A stretch of 64,000 bases of DNA from an uncultured Candidatus Rokubacteria bacterium (GCA_963789955.1 CAWBMV010000006.1:384001-448000), one strand, 5' to 3'; counted from the stretch's first letter, positions 43,598 through 54,479 are shown. Notes: generated by a model from the sequence alone, not told the origin. Program-made: numbers and translations.

Positions 43598-44598
43598 TGG
43601 CGTCCGGACTCACGATCGCGGTGGTCGGCGCCACCGGCGCCGCCGGGCAGACCACGCTCCGGATCCTCGAGGAGCGAAAGTTCCCGGTGCGTGAGCTCCG
43701 CGCATTCGCCTCGGAGCGGTCGGTCGGCAAGACCGTCACCTTTCGGGGTGAGCCGATCACGATCCGGCGCATCGAGCCGGCGGCGTTCAAGGGCGTGAAC
43801 ATCGCCTTCTGCTCGGCCGGCTCGGCGCAGTCGAAGGAATACGCGCCGATGATCGTCAAGGCCGGCGCGATCGTCATCGACAAGTCGAACGCGTTCCGGA
43901 TGGATCCGGACGTGCCGCTCATCGTGCCCGAGATCAACGCGCACGCGGCGCGCGGCCATCGCGGGATCCTGGCCTGCCCGAACTGCACGACGATCGTGAC
44001 CGTCATGCCGTTGAAGCCCCTGCACGATGCCGGGCGGCTCACGCGCGTGATCGCCACCAGCTTCCAGGCGGTCTCCGGCGCCGGGGTCAACGGCATCGCC
44101 GAGCTGCGCGAGCAGACGCTCGCGTGGGCACGGGGCGAGGCGATGGTCACGAAGCACTTCCCGCATCAGATCGCCTTCAATCTCATCCCCGCGATCGACC
44201 GCTTCGGCCCCGACGGCTACACCGCCGAGGAGATGAAGCTGGTGAACGAGACCCGGAAGATCCTCGAGGCGCCGGGGTTGCCGGTGGCGCCGACGACGGT
44301 ACGGGTGCCGGTCTTCACGTCGCACTCGATCTCGGTCACGGCCGAGACCGCGGTGAAGATCACGGCCGGCCGTGCCCGCGATCTCTTCGCCGCATTCCCC
44401 GGGCTCAAGCTCTGGGACGACCCCGCGCAGCACCGGTATCCGATGCCGATCGCGGTCGAGGGACAGGACGACTGCTTCGTCGGCCGCATTCGCGAAGACC
44501 TCTCGAGCCCAAACGGACTGAGCTTCTGGGTGGTCGGCGACCAACTGCGCAAAGGCGCGGCCACGAATGCGGTCCAGATCGCTGAGCTGCTCCTCTAG
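43597..44598 (+). CDS. asd: aspartate-semialdehyde dehydrogenase
   Basis: VGATGAAG, PNCTT, QAVSGAG, LRKGAATNAVQIAE. Confidence 0.95.
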   Translation: MASGLTIAVVGATGAAGQTTLRILEERKFPVRELRAFASERSVGKTVTFRGEPITIRRIEPAAFKGVNIAFCSAGSAQSKEYAPMIVKAGAIVIDKSNAFRMDPDVPLIVPEINAHAARGHRGILACPNCTTIVTVMPLKPLHDAGRLTRVIATSFQAVSGAGVNGIAELREQTLAWARGEAMVTKHFPHQIAFNLIPAIDRFGPDGYTAEEMKLVNETRKILEAPGLPVAPTTVRVPVFTSHSISVTAETAVKITAGRARDLFAAFPGLKLWDDPAQHRYPMPIAVEGQDDCFVGRIREDLSSPNGLSFWVVGDQLRKGAATNAVQIAELLL

Positions 44599-44643
44599 TC
44601 CCGGGACACCATCGGTCGGGCGCGCTCGGCGCGGCCCGCGCTG

Positions 44644-44970
44644 ATGTCCCTGCGCCGTTCCCTTCGCCGCCGCTTTCGCCACTACGATCGATTCCATCTG
44701 GCCGTGTTCCTCACGATCGTGGTGGTGGCGTACGTGGCCGTGCCGCAGGTCGTGAGGTTCGTCGACGCCGTTCGCGGCTACGATCCCGCTTTCTACGAGC
44801 CCAAGGACTTCGAGCGTCAGGCCTGGATCAAGCGGCAGGTCGCGCCGACGGTGCTGCCGGGGTTCTCGTGGGAGATCGTGATCGACATCATTCTGTTTCT
44901 CCTCGTGGCCGTCGTCTGGCTCACCTTCGTCCCGGCGCGGAGCTCGGGACGTCACCCGCCGCCGCGATAG
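44644..44970 (+). CDS. hypothetical 2-TM membrane protein
   Basis: Two hydrophobic segments; fills the gap between asd and truA. Confidence 0.55.
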   Translation: MSLRRSLRRRFRHYDRFHLAVFLTIVVVAYVAVPQVVRFVDAVRGYDPAFYEPKDFERQAWIKRQVAPTVLPGFSWEIVIDIILFLLVAVVWLTFVPARSSGRHPPPR

Positions 44971-45719
44971 CCTCGGCGCGTTCGACCTTTCGTCTGGTGC
45001 TGTCCTATGACGGCACGGACTATCACGGCTGGCAGATCCAGGCCGGCGCCCGCACGGTGCAGGGGACCCTGACCGAGGCCGTGCGCGCCCGCTTCGGAGC
45101 CGACACGCGGGTCACCGGCGCCAGCCGAACCGACGCGGGCGTGCACGCGCTCCGGCAGGTCGTGTCGCTGACGACGGAGGCGCGCATCACCGCGACCGGT
45201 CTTCGCGGCGCCCTCAACGCCGACCTGCCGCGCGATATCAGAGTTCTCGATGCACGGGAGGCGCCGGCCGGGTTCGATGCGCGGCGCGCGGCCGCCGGCA
45301 AGCGGTACGCCTTCCTGATCGACAACGGACCGATCGCGAACCCGCTCCTGGCCCGCTACGCGTGGCACATCCCGCAACCGCTCGACGTGGGCGCGATGCG
45401 CCGGGCGCTGGTGGCGTTGCGGGGCCGCCACGACTTCGGCGCGTTCTGTGCGGCGCCGGGCCGCGAGGCGAATCCGGTCTGCGTCGTGCGGGCGCTCCAC
45501 GTGATCCGCCGAAAGGAGCGAATCGCCGTCCTGCTGTCGGCCGATCGCTACCTCCACCACATGGTGAGGAACATCGTCGGCAGCGCGGTCGCCGTCGGAC
45601 GTGGGGTCCGGGACGCCGCCTGGCTCGACGCGGTCCGCGCGTCACGCGACCGCACGCAGGCCGGTCAGACGGCACCGGCCCAGGGCCTCGCGCTGGTTCG
45701 AGTGCTGTATCCCCGTTAG
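44967..45719 (+). CDS. truA: tRNA pseudouridine(38-40) synthase (start uncertain)
   Basis: YDGTDYHGWQ, SRTDAGVHA, HMVRNIVG, TAPAQGL. Confidence 0.93.
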   Translation: MASARSTFRLVLSYDGTDYHGWQIQAGARTVQGTLTEAVRARFGADTRVTGASRTDAGVHALRQVVSLTTEARITATGLRGALNADLPRDIRVLDAREAPAGFDARRAAAGKRYAFLIDNGPIANPLLARYAWHIPQPLDVGAMRRALVALRGRHDFGAFCAAPGREANPVCVVRALHVIRRKERIAVLLSADRYLHHMVRNIVGSAVAVGRGVRDAAWLDAVRASRDRTQAGQTAPAQGLALVRVLYPR

Positions 45720-46008
45720 GGTGCGCGGTGCCATCGCCACGTACGGCGCTGCCGTTTGCCGGCACCGAGTGAGGGCCCGAGTGCCCGAGGGCGGGCGGGT
45801 GCCGGTGAAAGCCTGGCCGGCGGTCAGTCACACCTCCAACAGGTCCTCAGGAACCGACATATAAAATATTGATACGGAAAGTGTTTTGAAGCACGCCCGT
45901 CCACGGCTGTGACGCGCTGGGCCGTTGAAGAAATGGGTGGCCGGGCTCGCCGGTCAATTCGCATCGGGAATATGGTAAACTCTCGCTGCACTTGATCTTT
46001 TAGACCCT

Positions 46009-46812
46009 ATGCACCAGAGCCTGCTGACGGTCGCGATCATCGGGTACGTCGCTGCGACGGGCCTCGCCTTGGCCTACCTGGTCCAGCGGGAAGAGCTGCT
46101 GCACCGGTTGGCTTTGCTGGCGACCCTGTCCGCCTGGGTTGTGCACACCGTCGCTCTCCTGGCCCTCGCGATCGACCTCGGGCGCCCTCCGCTGGCCAGC
46201 ATGCCCGAGGCCGTGTCGGTCGCCGTCTGGGTCGTCGTCTTGCTCGAGATGTGGATCGAGCGCCGCTACGGTCTCTCGGTCCTGGGCGCGTTCGTCCTGC
46301 CCGTGGCCCTCCTGTTCAGCCTGCAGTCGACGCCGACCCGCTCGCTGATCGGTCCGACGTTGAGCGGCGCATGGCTCTGGGTGCACATCGGCCTGGCGCT
46401 CGTGGGTATCGCGGCGCTCGTGCTCAACTTCGCCGGCGCGGTGATGTATCTGCTGCAGGAGCGTCAGCTCAGAGCCAAGCGCCGCCCCGGGACCTTCTAT
46501 TACTCGCTTCCGTCGCTGGCCACGCTCGATCGGCTGACGTATCGCACCTTGGCGCTCGGATTTCCGTTCCTGACGACCGGCTTGATCCTGGGTGTTCTCT
46601 GGGCCGGAACGGCTTGGGGCAGCGTCTTCACCTTCGATCCGCTGGCGCTGTCGTCCTACGTGGCCTGGACCGTGTACGCCGCGACGCTCGCCGGACGCGC
46701 CGCGGGCGGCTGGCATGGACGGCGCGCGGCGTATTTCGCCATCGTCGGGTTCGCCGTCCTCATGCTGACCCTTGGCGCCGGTCTGTTCCTACCGGGAAAG
46801 CACGGCGGATAG
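46009..46812 (+). CDS. ccsA: cytochrome c assembly protein CcsA/HemX family
   Basis: 8 TM helices, WLWVH, LPSLATLD, WAGTAWG..DP; precedes hemA. Confidence 0.8.
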   Translation: MHQSLLTVAIIGYVAATGLALAYLVQREELLHRLALLATLSAWVVHTVALLALAIDLGRPPLASMPEAVSVAVWVVVLLEMWIERRYGLSVLGAFVLPVALLFSLQSTPTRSLIGPTLSGAWLWVHIGLALVGIAALVLNFAGAVMYLLQERQLRAKRRPGTFYYSLPSLATLDRLTYRTLALGFPFLTTGLILGVLWAGTAWGSVFTFDPLALSSYVAWTVYAATLAGRAAGGWHGRRAAYFAIVGFAVLMLTLGAGLFLPGKHGG

Positions 46813-48081
46813 ATGGCACTCTTCGTTTCGGGTCTTTCGCACCTCAACGCTCCGGTCGAGCTGCGAGAGCAGCTGGCCGTCGACGAGGACAAGCTGCGCG
46901 AGCTCCTCCGCGACATCGCCGCGACGGGCGTCGTGCGCGAGGCGATCATTCTCTCGACCTGCAACCGCGTCGAGGTGTACGCGGTCGCCGACGTGCCCGG
47001 TGAGGCGCGCGCGACGATGTTTCGCCGGCTCTGCCGGCACCGCGGCGTGGAGTCGACCTCGGTGGAGGCGGCCCTGTACACCTACGCCGAGGGCGACGCC
47101 GTGCGCCACGCCTTCCGCGTCGCATCGAGCCTCGATTCGATGGTGATCGGCGAGCCCCAGATCCTCGGACAGGTGAAGGACGCCTTCGCGATCGCCCAGT
47201 CGTGCGAAGTGGTCGGGCCCGCGCTGCATTCGCTGTTCACGCAGGCGTTCACCGTCGCCAAGAAGGTCCGGACCGAGACGGAGATCGCCCGGCACGCGGT
47301 GTCCGTCTCGTTCGCCGCGGTCGAGCTGGCCAAGAAGATCTTCGGCGGGCTCCAGGGCAAGGCCGTCCTTCTGGTCGGCGCGGGCAAGATGAGCGAGCTC
47401 GCCGCCCGTCATCTGGTCGAGCAGGGCGTGTTCCCGGTCTACGTCACGAACCGGACGTGGGCGCGCGCCCAGGAGATGGCCCGCGCGCTGGCCGGTACCG
47501 CGGTGCCCTTCGACGAGCTGTCGACCGCGCTCGCCGCGGTGGACATCGTCATCTCGTCGACCGGGGCGGCGGAGCCGGTGATCCGGCGCGAGACGGTCCA
47601 GCGCGTCATGCACGGGCGCCGCGGCCGGCCGCTGTTCTTCATCGACATCGCCGTCCCGCGCGACGTCGAGGGCTCCGTCGACACGCTCGACGACGTGTAC
47701 TGCTACGACATCGACGACCTGAAGCAGGTCGTCGACGCGAACATCCGCGAGCGCGGTCGCGAGGCGCATCGGGCCGAGGCGCTCGTCGAGCGCGAGGTCG
47801 CGAAGTTCCTCGCCAGGCAGGGCGACGTCGAGGTGATTCCGACGATCGTGTCGCTGCGGGAGCGGCTCGAGGCGATTCGGACCGGCGAGGTCAAGCGCAC
47901 GCTCGCGCGGCTGCCCGCCGCGACTCCGGAGACGCGCGACGCGATCGAGGCCTTGTCGACGGCGATCGTGAACAAGATCCTGCATGCGCCGATCACCAAG
48001 CTCCGCGAGTCGTCCCGCGCCGGCTCACCCCGGTCATGGCTCGAGCTCGTCCACGAGCTCTTCGGGTTGGGGCGCCGATGA
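46813..48081 (+). CDS. hemA: glutamyl-tRNA reductase
   Basis: STCNRVE, SLDSMVIGEPQILGQVK, DIAVPRD. Confidence 0.97.
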   Translation: MALFVSGLSHLNAPVELREQLAVDEDKLRELLRDIAATGVVREAIILSTCNRVEVYAVADVPGEARATMFRRLCRHRGVESTSVEAALYTYAEGDAVRHAFRVASSLDSMVIGEPQILGQVKDAFAIAQSCEVVGPALHSLFTQAFTVAKKVRTETEIARHAVSVSFAAVELAKKIFGGLQGKAVLLVGAGKMSELAARHLVEQGVFPVYVTNRTWARAQEMARALAGTAVPFDELSTALAAVDIVISSTGAAEPVIRRETVQRVMHGRRGRPLFFIDIAVPRDVEGSVDTLDDVYCYDIDDLKQVVDANIRERGREAHRAEALVEREVAKFLARQGDVEVIPTIVSLRERLEAIRTGEVKRTLARLPAATPETRDAIEALSTAIVNKILHAPITKLRESSRAGSPRSWLELVHELFGLGRR

Positions 48082-49016
48082 CGCGCGCGACGACCATCAA
48101 GATCGGCACGCGCGGAAGCCCGCTCGCGCTGATCCAGGCGGAGAGCGTCGCCGCGTCGCTGCGCGCGCTCGGAGCCGAGGTCGACATCGTGCCGGTGCGG
48201 ACCGAGGGCGATCGCCGTCTCGAGGTGCAGCTGGCGGCCATCGGCGGCAAGGGACTCTTCGTGCGCGAGATCGAAGACATGTTGCTCGCGGGCACGCTCG
48301 ACTGTGCCGTGCACAGCTTGAAGGATCTCCCGGCCGAGACACCCGCCGGCTTGACGCTCGCGGCGTTCCCGGAGCGCGAGGACGCGCGCGACGTCCTGGT
48401 CACCCGAGAATCGCGCCGGCTCGAGGATCTTCGCCCGGGGGCGCGGCTCGGGACCGGAAGCCCGCGGCGGCGCGCGCTGGCACTCGCCGCGCGGGCCGAC
48501 CTCGTCGTCGAGCCGCTGCGCGGCAACGTCGAGACCCGGCTCCGCAAGCTCGAGAGCGAGGGCCTCGATGGCGTGCTCCTCGCGGCGGCCGGGCTGACGC
48601 GCCTCGGGATCGCGCCCGCGCACGTCCAGCCCCTCGACCCTGACGTGTTCGTGCCGGCGATCGGGCAGGGCGTGCTGGCCGTCGAGAGCCGGGCCGACGA
48701 CACTCGCCTCGCCTCACTGCTCGGCCGGATCGACCACGCGCCGACGCGCGCGTGCGCGCTCGCCGAGCGCGCGTGCCTGGCGCGCCTGGGCGCCTCGTGC
48801 AACTCGCCGGTCGCCGCGTATGCCCTCCAGGCGGGCGGCGATATCAAGATGACCGCGCTCGTCGCGAGCGAGGACGGACGCAAGGTCCTGCGCGCCTCCG
48901 GAGCCGAACGCACCGAAGGCGCCGAGCGTCTGGGCCGACGGCTCGCCGCTTCGCTGCTCGATCAGGGCGCCTCCTCGATCGCGCCGCTGCAGCCGGGGAA
49001 GTCATGGCGCGAGTAG
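48078..49016 (+). CDS. hemC: porphobilinogen deaminase
   Basis: [28 protein letters not shown]. Confidence 0.97.
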   Translation: MTRATTIKIGTRGSPLALIQAESVAASLRALGAEVDIVPVRTEGDRRLEVQLAAIGGKGLFVREIEDMLLAGTLDCAVHSLKDLPAETPAGLTLAAFPEREDARDVLVTRESRRLEDLRPGARLGTGSPRRRALALAARADLVVEPLRGNVETRLRKLESEGLDGVLLAAAGLTRLGIAPAHVQPLDPDVFVPAIGQGVLAVESRADDTRLASLLGRIDHAPTRACALAERACLARLGASCNSPVAAYALQAGGDIKMTALVASEDGRKVLRASGAERTEGAERLGRRLAASLLDQGASSIAPLQPGKSWRE

Positions 49017-49846
49017 GCCGCACGCCCGCGGAGCGGCCGCTCGAGGGCCGGACGATCGTCGTCACCCGGGCGCGCGCCCAGGCGCAGCGGTTCGCCGAGC
49101 TCCTGGAAGCGGCCGGCGCCCGCGTGCTGCAGGCGCCGACGATCGTGATCGAGCCGCCGGCGTCGTGGGAGCCGCTCGATACGGCCCTCGCCGCGCTGGA
49201 GTCGTTCGCGTGGGTGATCTTCACGAGCGTGAACGGCGTCGCCATGGTGGACCGGCGCCTGGCGGCGCGCGGCACCGCGTGGGCGGCGATCGCGCGCAAG
49301 CGGGTGGCGGCGATCGGCCCCGCGACGGCCGACGCGCTCGCCGAGCACGGCGTCCGCCCCGAGGTGGTGCCGTCCGAGTACCGCGCCGAGGGACTGGTCG
49401 ACCGATTGCGCGGCCTCATCGGACCCGGCGACCGCGTGCTGCTGCCGAGGGCGAAGGAGACCCGCGACGTGCTCGTCGTCGAGCTCCGGCGCCTCGGCGC
49501 CGCCGTGACCGAGGTGCCCGCATACCAGACCCGGCGAGTCGACGACGGCGTCGTCCGGCTGCGCGAGGCGCTCGCGTCGGGTGCCGTCGACGCCGTCACG
49601 TTCACCAGCTCGTCCACCGCCCGGAACTTCGCCGAGCAGTTCAGCGAGGCGGAGCGGAGCGCCTGGCGCGGGCGGGTCGCGGTCGCCTCCATCGGCCCGA
49701 TCACGGCGGCGACGGCCGCCGAATACGGCCTGCCGACCGATGTCATGCCCAGCGAGTACACGATCCCCGCTCTCGCGCGGGCGCTCACCGATTACTTCGC
49801 CCGTGCCGCGTGGAATGCCGGCCGCCGACCCAGAAGGAGCGTGTGA
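49004..49846 (+). CDS. hemD: uroporphyrinogen-III synthase
   Basis: [27 protein letters not shown]. Confidence 0.92.
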   Translation: MARVGRTPAERPLEGRTIVVTRARAQAQRFAELLEAAGARVLQAPTIVIEPPASWEPLDTALAALESFAWVIFTSVNGVAMVDRRLAARGTAWAAIARKRVAAIGPATADALAEHGVRPEVVPSEYRAEGLVDRLRGLIGPGDRVLLPRAKETRDVLVVELRRLGAAVTEVPAYQTRRVDDGVVRLREALASGAVDAVTFTSSSTARNFAEQFSEAERSAWRGRVAVASIGPITAATAAEYGLPTDVMPSEYTIPALARALTDYFARAAWNAGRRPRRSV

Positions 49847-50832
49847 TGGCGCATGCGATGTTCCGCCCCAGACGTCTTCGCGAGAAGCCCCTGATGCGCA
49901 AGCTGATCCGCGAGACCGCGCTCGCGGTCGACGATCTCATCTACCCGCTGTTCATCGTCCACGGCCGCGGCGTTCGCGAGCCGATCGGCTCGATGCCCGG
50001 CCAGTTCCGCCTCTCGATCGACGAGCTGGTGAAGGACATGAAGGACGTCGCGAGCCTGGGCATTCCCGGCGTGCTGCTGTTCGGGCTGCCCGTCGAGAAG
50101 GACCCGCGCGGCTCGGAGGCGTACGCCGAGGACGGCATCGTGCAGCAGGCGGTGAGGGCGGTGAAGGACGTGGTGCCGGACCTCCTGGTGGCGACCGACG
50201 TGTGCCTCTGCCAGTACACGAGCCACGGCCACTGCGGCGTCGTCGAAGGCGGCACCGTGCGCAACGATCCGACGCTCGAGCTGCTGGCGCGCGTCGCGGT
50301 CTCGCACGCCGAGGCCGGCGCCGACTTGGTCGCGCCCTCCGACATGATGGACGGCCGGGTCGGTGCGATCCGCGAGGCGCTCGACGAGGCGAGCTTCACC
50401 GACACGCCGATCATGGCCTACTCGGCGAAGTACGCGTCGAGCTTCTACGGCCCCTTCCGGGATGCCGCGGACTCGGCGCCGCAATTCGGCGACCGGCGCT
50501 CGTACCAGATGGACCCGGCCAACTCTGCCGAGGCCATGCGCGAGATCGCGCTCGATCTGGACGAGGGCGCGGACATCGTCATGGTCAAGCCGGCGCTGCC
50601 GTATCTCGACATCATCTCGCGCGCGAAGGCGGAGTTCGGAGTTCCGCTCGCCGCCTACTCGGTCTCGGGCGAATACGCGATGATTCGCGCCGCGGGCCGC
50701 CTCGGCTGGCTCGACGAGGAGCGCGCGATGATGGAAGCCCTCACGGCCATCCGTCGCGCCGGCGCCGACGTCGTGATCACCTACTTCGCCCGCGACGCCG
50801 CGCGCCTTCTCGAGCGCGGTGGTGTGAGCTGA
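49846..50832 (+). CDS. hemB: porphobilinogen synthase
   Basis: [26 protein letters not shown]. Confidence 0.97.
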   Translation: MAHAMFRPRRLREKPLMRKLIRETALAVDDLIYPLFIVHGRGVREPIGSMPGQFRLSIDELVKDMKDVASLGIPGVLLFGLPVEKDPRGSEAYAEDGIVQQAVRAVKDVVPDLLVATDVCLCQYTSHGHCGVVEGGTVRNDPTLELLARVAVSHAEAGADLVAPSDMMDGRVGAIREALDEASFTDTPIMAYSAKYASSFYGPFRDAADSAPQFGDRRSYQMDPANSAEAMREIALDLDEGADIVMVKPALPYLDIISRAKAEFGVPLAAYSVSGEYAMIRAAGRLGWLDEERAMMEALTAIRRAGADVVITYFARDAARLLERGGVS

Positions 50833-50894
50833 GCCATGGCCCTGCATGGCGAAGCGAACCTTGCAAACCGGGATCGTGTGAGCTGAGCCATGGC
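50822..50894 (+). repeat. 19-bp exact direct repeat including the hemB stop codon
   Basis: GTGTGAGCTGAGCCATGGC at 50822-50840 and 50876-50894. Confidence 0.85.
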
Positions 50895-50914
50895 TCCGAA
50901 TCGTTTGGGCTGAG

Positions 50915-51355
50915 ATGCGCATCTCAGCGAAGGGCGAGTACGCGATTCAGGCGGTGCTGGATCTCGCGCTCCATCGCGAGCGCGGCCTCACGGCCATTCA
51001 GGAAATCGCACGGCGCCAGGCGATCCCCCAGCGCTATCTCGAGCAGGTGCTGCTGGCGCTGAAGCGCGCCGGTCTCTTGACGTCGAAGCGAGGATCAGCG
51101 GGCGGCTACCAGCTGACACGGCCGCCGGAGGACATCAGCGTGGGAGACGTCCTGCGAGCGGTGGAAGGGACCGGCGCCCCCTTCGAGGCGCAGCGCCGCG
51201 GCGGCCGGGGGACCGGCGAGCGTCACGACCTCGCCGAGCTGTGGGACGAGATCTCCAACGCGGTCTCGAAGGTGGTCGACCAGCTCACGTTCGGCGACCT
51301 GGCCGTTCGCGCGATCGCGCGCCGGAGCGCCGTGCGGCCGATGTACCACATATGA
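50915..51355 (+). CDS. Rrf2-family regulator, CymR-like
   Basis: IPQRYLEQVL, SKRGSAGGY; no Fe-S cysteines; MYHI C-terminus; precedes cysK. Confidence 0.88.
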   Translation: MRISAKGEYAIQAVLDLALHRERGLTAIQEIARRQAIPQRYLEQVLLALKRAGLLTSKRGSAGGYQLTRPPEDISVGDVLRAVEGTGAPFEAQRRGGRGTGERHDLAELWDEISNAVSKVVDQLTFGDLAVRAIARRSAVRPMYHI

Positions 51356-52272
51356 CGACGCCGAAGATCGCGAAGTCGGTCCTCGAGCTGGTCGGCCGGA
51401 CGCCGATGGTGCGGCTGAACCGGCTGCCGAAGCCCGGCGGCGCGATGGTGGCGGCCAAGGTCGAGTCGCTCAATCCCGGCGGGAGCGTCAAGGATCGCAT
51501 CGCCGTCTCGATGGTCGAGGACGCGGAGCGCCGGGGCGTCCTGAAGCCGGGCGCGACGATCGTCGAGCCCACGAGCGGCAACACCGGCATCGGGCTGGCG
51601 ATGGCGGCCGCGGTCCGCGGCTACCGGCTGATCCTGACGATGCCCGACGACATGAGCGTCGAGCGCCAGCGCCTGCTGGCGCGGTTCGGCGCCGAGCTCC
51701 ACCTGACACCCGCCATCGAGGGCATGACGGGCGCGGTCCACGCCGCGCGCGAGCTCCTGCGCGAGCACCCGGACTACTTCATGCCGCAGCAGTTCGAGAA
51801 CCCCGCAAATCCCGAGGCGCACCGGCGCACCACCGCGCTCGAAGTCCTGGACGCCGTCGGGGGCCGCCTCGACGCCTTCGTCGCCGGCGTCGGGACCGGT
51901 GGGACGCTCACGGGCGTCGGCGAGGTCCTCAAGGAGAAGATTCCGGCGGTCCGCATCGTGGCCGTCGAGCCGGCGGCGTCGCCCGTGCTCTCGGGCGGCA
52001 AGGCGCGGCCTCACGCGATCCAGGGCATCGGCGCCTCGTTCGTGCCCGGCGTCCTCAATCGCGCGATCATCGATCGGATCATCCAGGTGCGCGACGAGGA
52101 CGCCCTCGCGTGGTCCCGACGTCTCGCGCGCGAGGAAGGCCTCCTGGTCGGGGTCTCGGCCGGAGCCGCGGTGTTCGCGGCATGCGCGGTCGCCGCGGAG
52201 ATGACCCCGAGCCAGCTGGTCGTCACGGTCCTCCCGGACACCGGCGAGCGGTATCTGAGTCCCGGAGGCTAG
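51352..52272 (+). CDS. cysK: cysteine synthase A
   Basis: NPGGSVKDR, EPTSGNTG, GVGTGGT, PDTGERYLS. Confidence 0.93.
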   Translation: MTTPKIAKSVLELVGRTPMVRLNRLPKPGGAMVAAKVESLNPGGSVKDRIAVSMVEDAERRGVLKPGATIVEPTSGNTGIGLAMAAAVRGYRLILTMPDDMSVERQRLLARFGAELHLTPAIEGMTGAVHAARELLREHPDYFMPQQFENPANPEAHRRTTALEVLDAVGGRLDAFVAGVGTGGTLTGVGEVLKEKIPAVRIVAVEPAASPVLSGGKARPHAIQGIGASFVPGVLNRAIIDRIIQVRDEDALAWSRRLAREEGLLVGVSAGAAVFAACAVAAEMTPSQLVVTVLPDTGERYLSPGG

Positions 52273-52274
52273 GC

Positions 52275-53093
52275 ATGTCCGTCACGGTCTACATTCCGAC
52301 GTCGTTTCGTCGGGCCACCGACAATCGCGATCGGATCCAGGTCGCCGCGCACGATGTGAGCCGCCTGCTCGATCAGCTCGAGGCCTCGTTCGGCGGCCTG
52401 AAGGGCCTCGTGCGCGACGAGGGCGGCGAGGTGCATCACCACGTGAGCATCTACGTGAACAGCGAGGCGATCGAGTCCCTGCAGGGACTGCGCACGCCCC
52501 TGAAGGATGGTGACGAGGTCGCGATCATCCCGGCGCTCGCGGGCGGGGCGCGCGCGATCGTCACCGCGGAGGAGCTCGAGGCGATCCGCCGGCAGGCCGT
52601 CGAGGAGTACCCGCGCGAGTCGTGCGGAGTCATCCTCGAGCAAGGGCAGCTACGCCGGCTCGTGCGGTGCCGGAACATCCAGGACGAGCTCCACGCCAAG
52701 GATCCGCAGCGCCACCCGCGCGACGCGCGGACCGCCTACTTCATCGATCCCAAGGATCTCCTGCGCATCGGACGTCTGGAGGGCGAGGGGTACGAGGTCG
52801 CGGTGATCTATCACTCCCACGTCGACGCCGGCGCGTACTTCTCGCCGACCGATCGACAGCAGGCGCAGATCAGCGGCGAGCCGACGTACCCGTCGGCGAC
52901 CTATCTGGTCACGTCCGTGATGGCCGGACGCGCCGAGGCGGTCGCCGCGTTTCAGTGGAGCCCGGCGGAGCGCGACTTCGTCCAGGTCCAGCTCGACTCG
53001 GATCGCTGGCGCTGGCACGAGCGACTCTCGTTCGCGGCCGGCCGCGTGTGGGAGCGCCTCGGCATCGGTGCGCGACTCGGACGGAGCTCCTGA
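52275..53093 (+). CDS. in-frame fusion of a MoaD/CysO ubiquitin-like sulfur carrier and a JAMM/M67 (Mec-like) peptidase
   Basis: ..[14 protein letters not shown] (Gly-Gly at 52542-52547) reads through ARAIVT into [22 protein letters not shown]. Confidence 0.8.
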   Translation: MSVTVYIPTSFRRATDNRDRIQVAAHDVSRLLDQLEASFGGLKGLVRDEGGEVHHHVSIYVNSEAIESLQGLRTPLKDGDEVAIIPALAGGARAIVTAEELEAIRRQAVEEYPRESCGVILEQGQLRRLVRCRNIQDELHAKDPQRHPRDARTAYFIDPKDLLRIGRLEGEGYEVAVIYHSHVDAGAYFSPTDRQQAQISGEPTYPSATYLVTSVMAGRAEAVAAFQWSPAERDFVQVQLDSDRWRWHERLSFAAGRVWERLGIGARLGRSS

Positions 53094-54370
53094 TGCGCGA
53101 CTCGAAGAGTCTGTTCGAGGCCGCCTCCCGCGTGATTCCCGGCGGCGTCAACAGCCCGGTCCGCGCCTTCCGCGGCGTCGGCGGCGAGCCGTTCTTCGTC
53201 GCGCGCGGCGAGGGGGCGCGACTCTGGGACGTCGACGGCCGGTCGTATCTCGACTTCCTCGGCTCGTGGGGACCGCTGATCCTCGGCCACGCGGCCCCGA
53301 CGGTCGTCGCGGCGGTCACCGAAGCGGCGACGCGAGGCACGAGCTACGGCGCGCCGACCGGGCTCGAGGTCGAGATGGCCGAGGCGATCACCGCCGCGTA
53401 CCCGTCGATCGAGCTCGTGCGGCTCGTCAGCTCGGGGACCGAGGCGGCGATGAGCGCGATCCGGCTGGCGCGGGGCGCGACCGGTCGTCCGCTGCTGCTC
53501 AAATTCGACGGCTGCTATCACGGTCACGCCGACAGCCTGCTCGTGAAGGCCGGCTCGGGCGGCGCGACGTTCTCCATTCCCGACAGCGCCGGCGTGCCCG
53601 GGCCGCTCGCGCAGCTGACCGTGACGGCACCGTTCAACGATCTCGAGGCCGTCAAGGCCATCTTCCGTGAGCGCGGCCGCGAGATCGCGGCGGTCATCGT
53701 CGAGCCGGTGGCCGGCAACATGGGTGTCGTGCCGCCGCGCCCGGGATTTCTCGAGGGGCTTCGCGAGGTCACGCGGGCGCACGACGCCGTGCTGATCTTC
53801 GACGAGGTCATCACCGGCTTCCGCGTCGCGTACGGCGGCGCCCAGGCACTCTACGGCGTGCGGCCCGACCTCACGTGTCTCGGGAAGGTCATCGGCGGCG
53901 GACTACCCGTCGGCGCCTACGGCGGATCACGGCACCTGATGAACCACGTGGCGCCGCTCGGCGCCGTCTATCAGGCCGGGACATTGTCGGGGAATCCGCT
54001 CGCGGTCGCGGCGGGGCTGGCGACGCTCACGCGGCTTCGCGATCGCGACGTCTATGGTCGTCTGGAGGCGCTCGGCGGCGAGCTCGAGCGGGGGCTCCGC
54101 GCCGGCGCCGAGCGCGCCCGCGTTCCGTTGACGGTCAACCGCGTGGGCTCGATGCTGACGGGCTTCTTCTGCGCCGGGCCCGTCACCGACTACGCGTCGG
54201 CCAAGCACTCCGACACCAAGCGCTACGCGCGCTACTTCCACGGCATGCTCGAACGCGGAGTATTTCTCGCGCCGTCACAATTCGAAGCCGCGTTCGTCTC
54301 GCTCGCGCACACCGACGCCGACATCGCGTTCGCGGCGCGCGCCGCGGGCGAGGCGCTGGCCGCGGGCTGA
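53093..54370 (+). CDS. hemL: glutamate-1-semialdehyde 2,1-aminomutase
   Basis: [34 protein letters not shown]. Confidence 0.97.
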   Translation: MRDSKSLFEAASRVIPGGVNSPVRAFRGVGGEPFFVARGEGARLWDVDGRSYLDFLGSWGPLILGHAAPTVVAAVTEAATRGTSYGAPTGLEVEMAEAITAAYPSIELVRLVSSGTEAAMSAIRLARGATGRPLLLKFDGCYHGHADSLLVKAGSGGATFSIPDSAGVPGPLAQLTVTAPFNDLEAVKAIFRERGREIAAVIVEPVAGNMGVVPPRPGFLEGLREVTRAHDAVLIFDEVITGFRVAYGGAQALYGVRPDLTCLGKVIGGGLPVGAYGGSRHLMNHVAPLGAVYQAGTLSGNPLAVAAGLATLTRLRDRDVYGRLEALGGELERGLRAGAERARVPLTVNRVGSMLTGFFCAGPVTDYASAKHSDTKRYARYFHGMLERGVFLAPSQFEAAFVSLAHTDADIAFAARAAGEALAAG

Positions 54371-54406
54371 GCGCTCGCGCGAGCACGCTCGAACCGCGCG
54401 AATAGA

Positions 54407-54441
54407 TTGACGGCCGCCGGGACCACGTGATAGCGTTCACG
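54407..54441 (+). promoter_or_regulatory. act operon promoter with a GTGA-N6-TCAC palindrome over the -10
   Basis: TTGACG(54407-54412)-18 bp-TAGCGT(54431-54436); CGTGA-N6-TCACG at 54426-54441. Confidence 0.5.
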
Positions 54442-54479
54442 AGCAATCTAGAAAACCGCCGGAGGACAATCGACCGTCG

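Noticed and set aside
45720..46008. Possible riboswitch or ncRNA upstream of ccsA-hemA
   Set aside because: AT-richer patch and an extended -10 (TGGTAAACT 45973-45981) only; no recognisable aptamer or strong hairpin
50822..50894. Mini-CRISPR interpretation of the 19-bp repeat
   Set aside because: Only two short copies, one inside a coding end; no cas genes or leader
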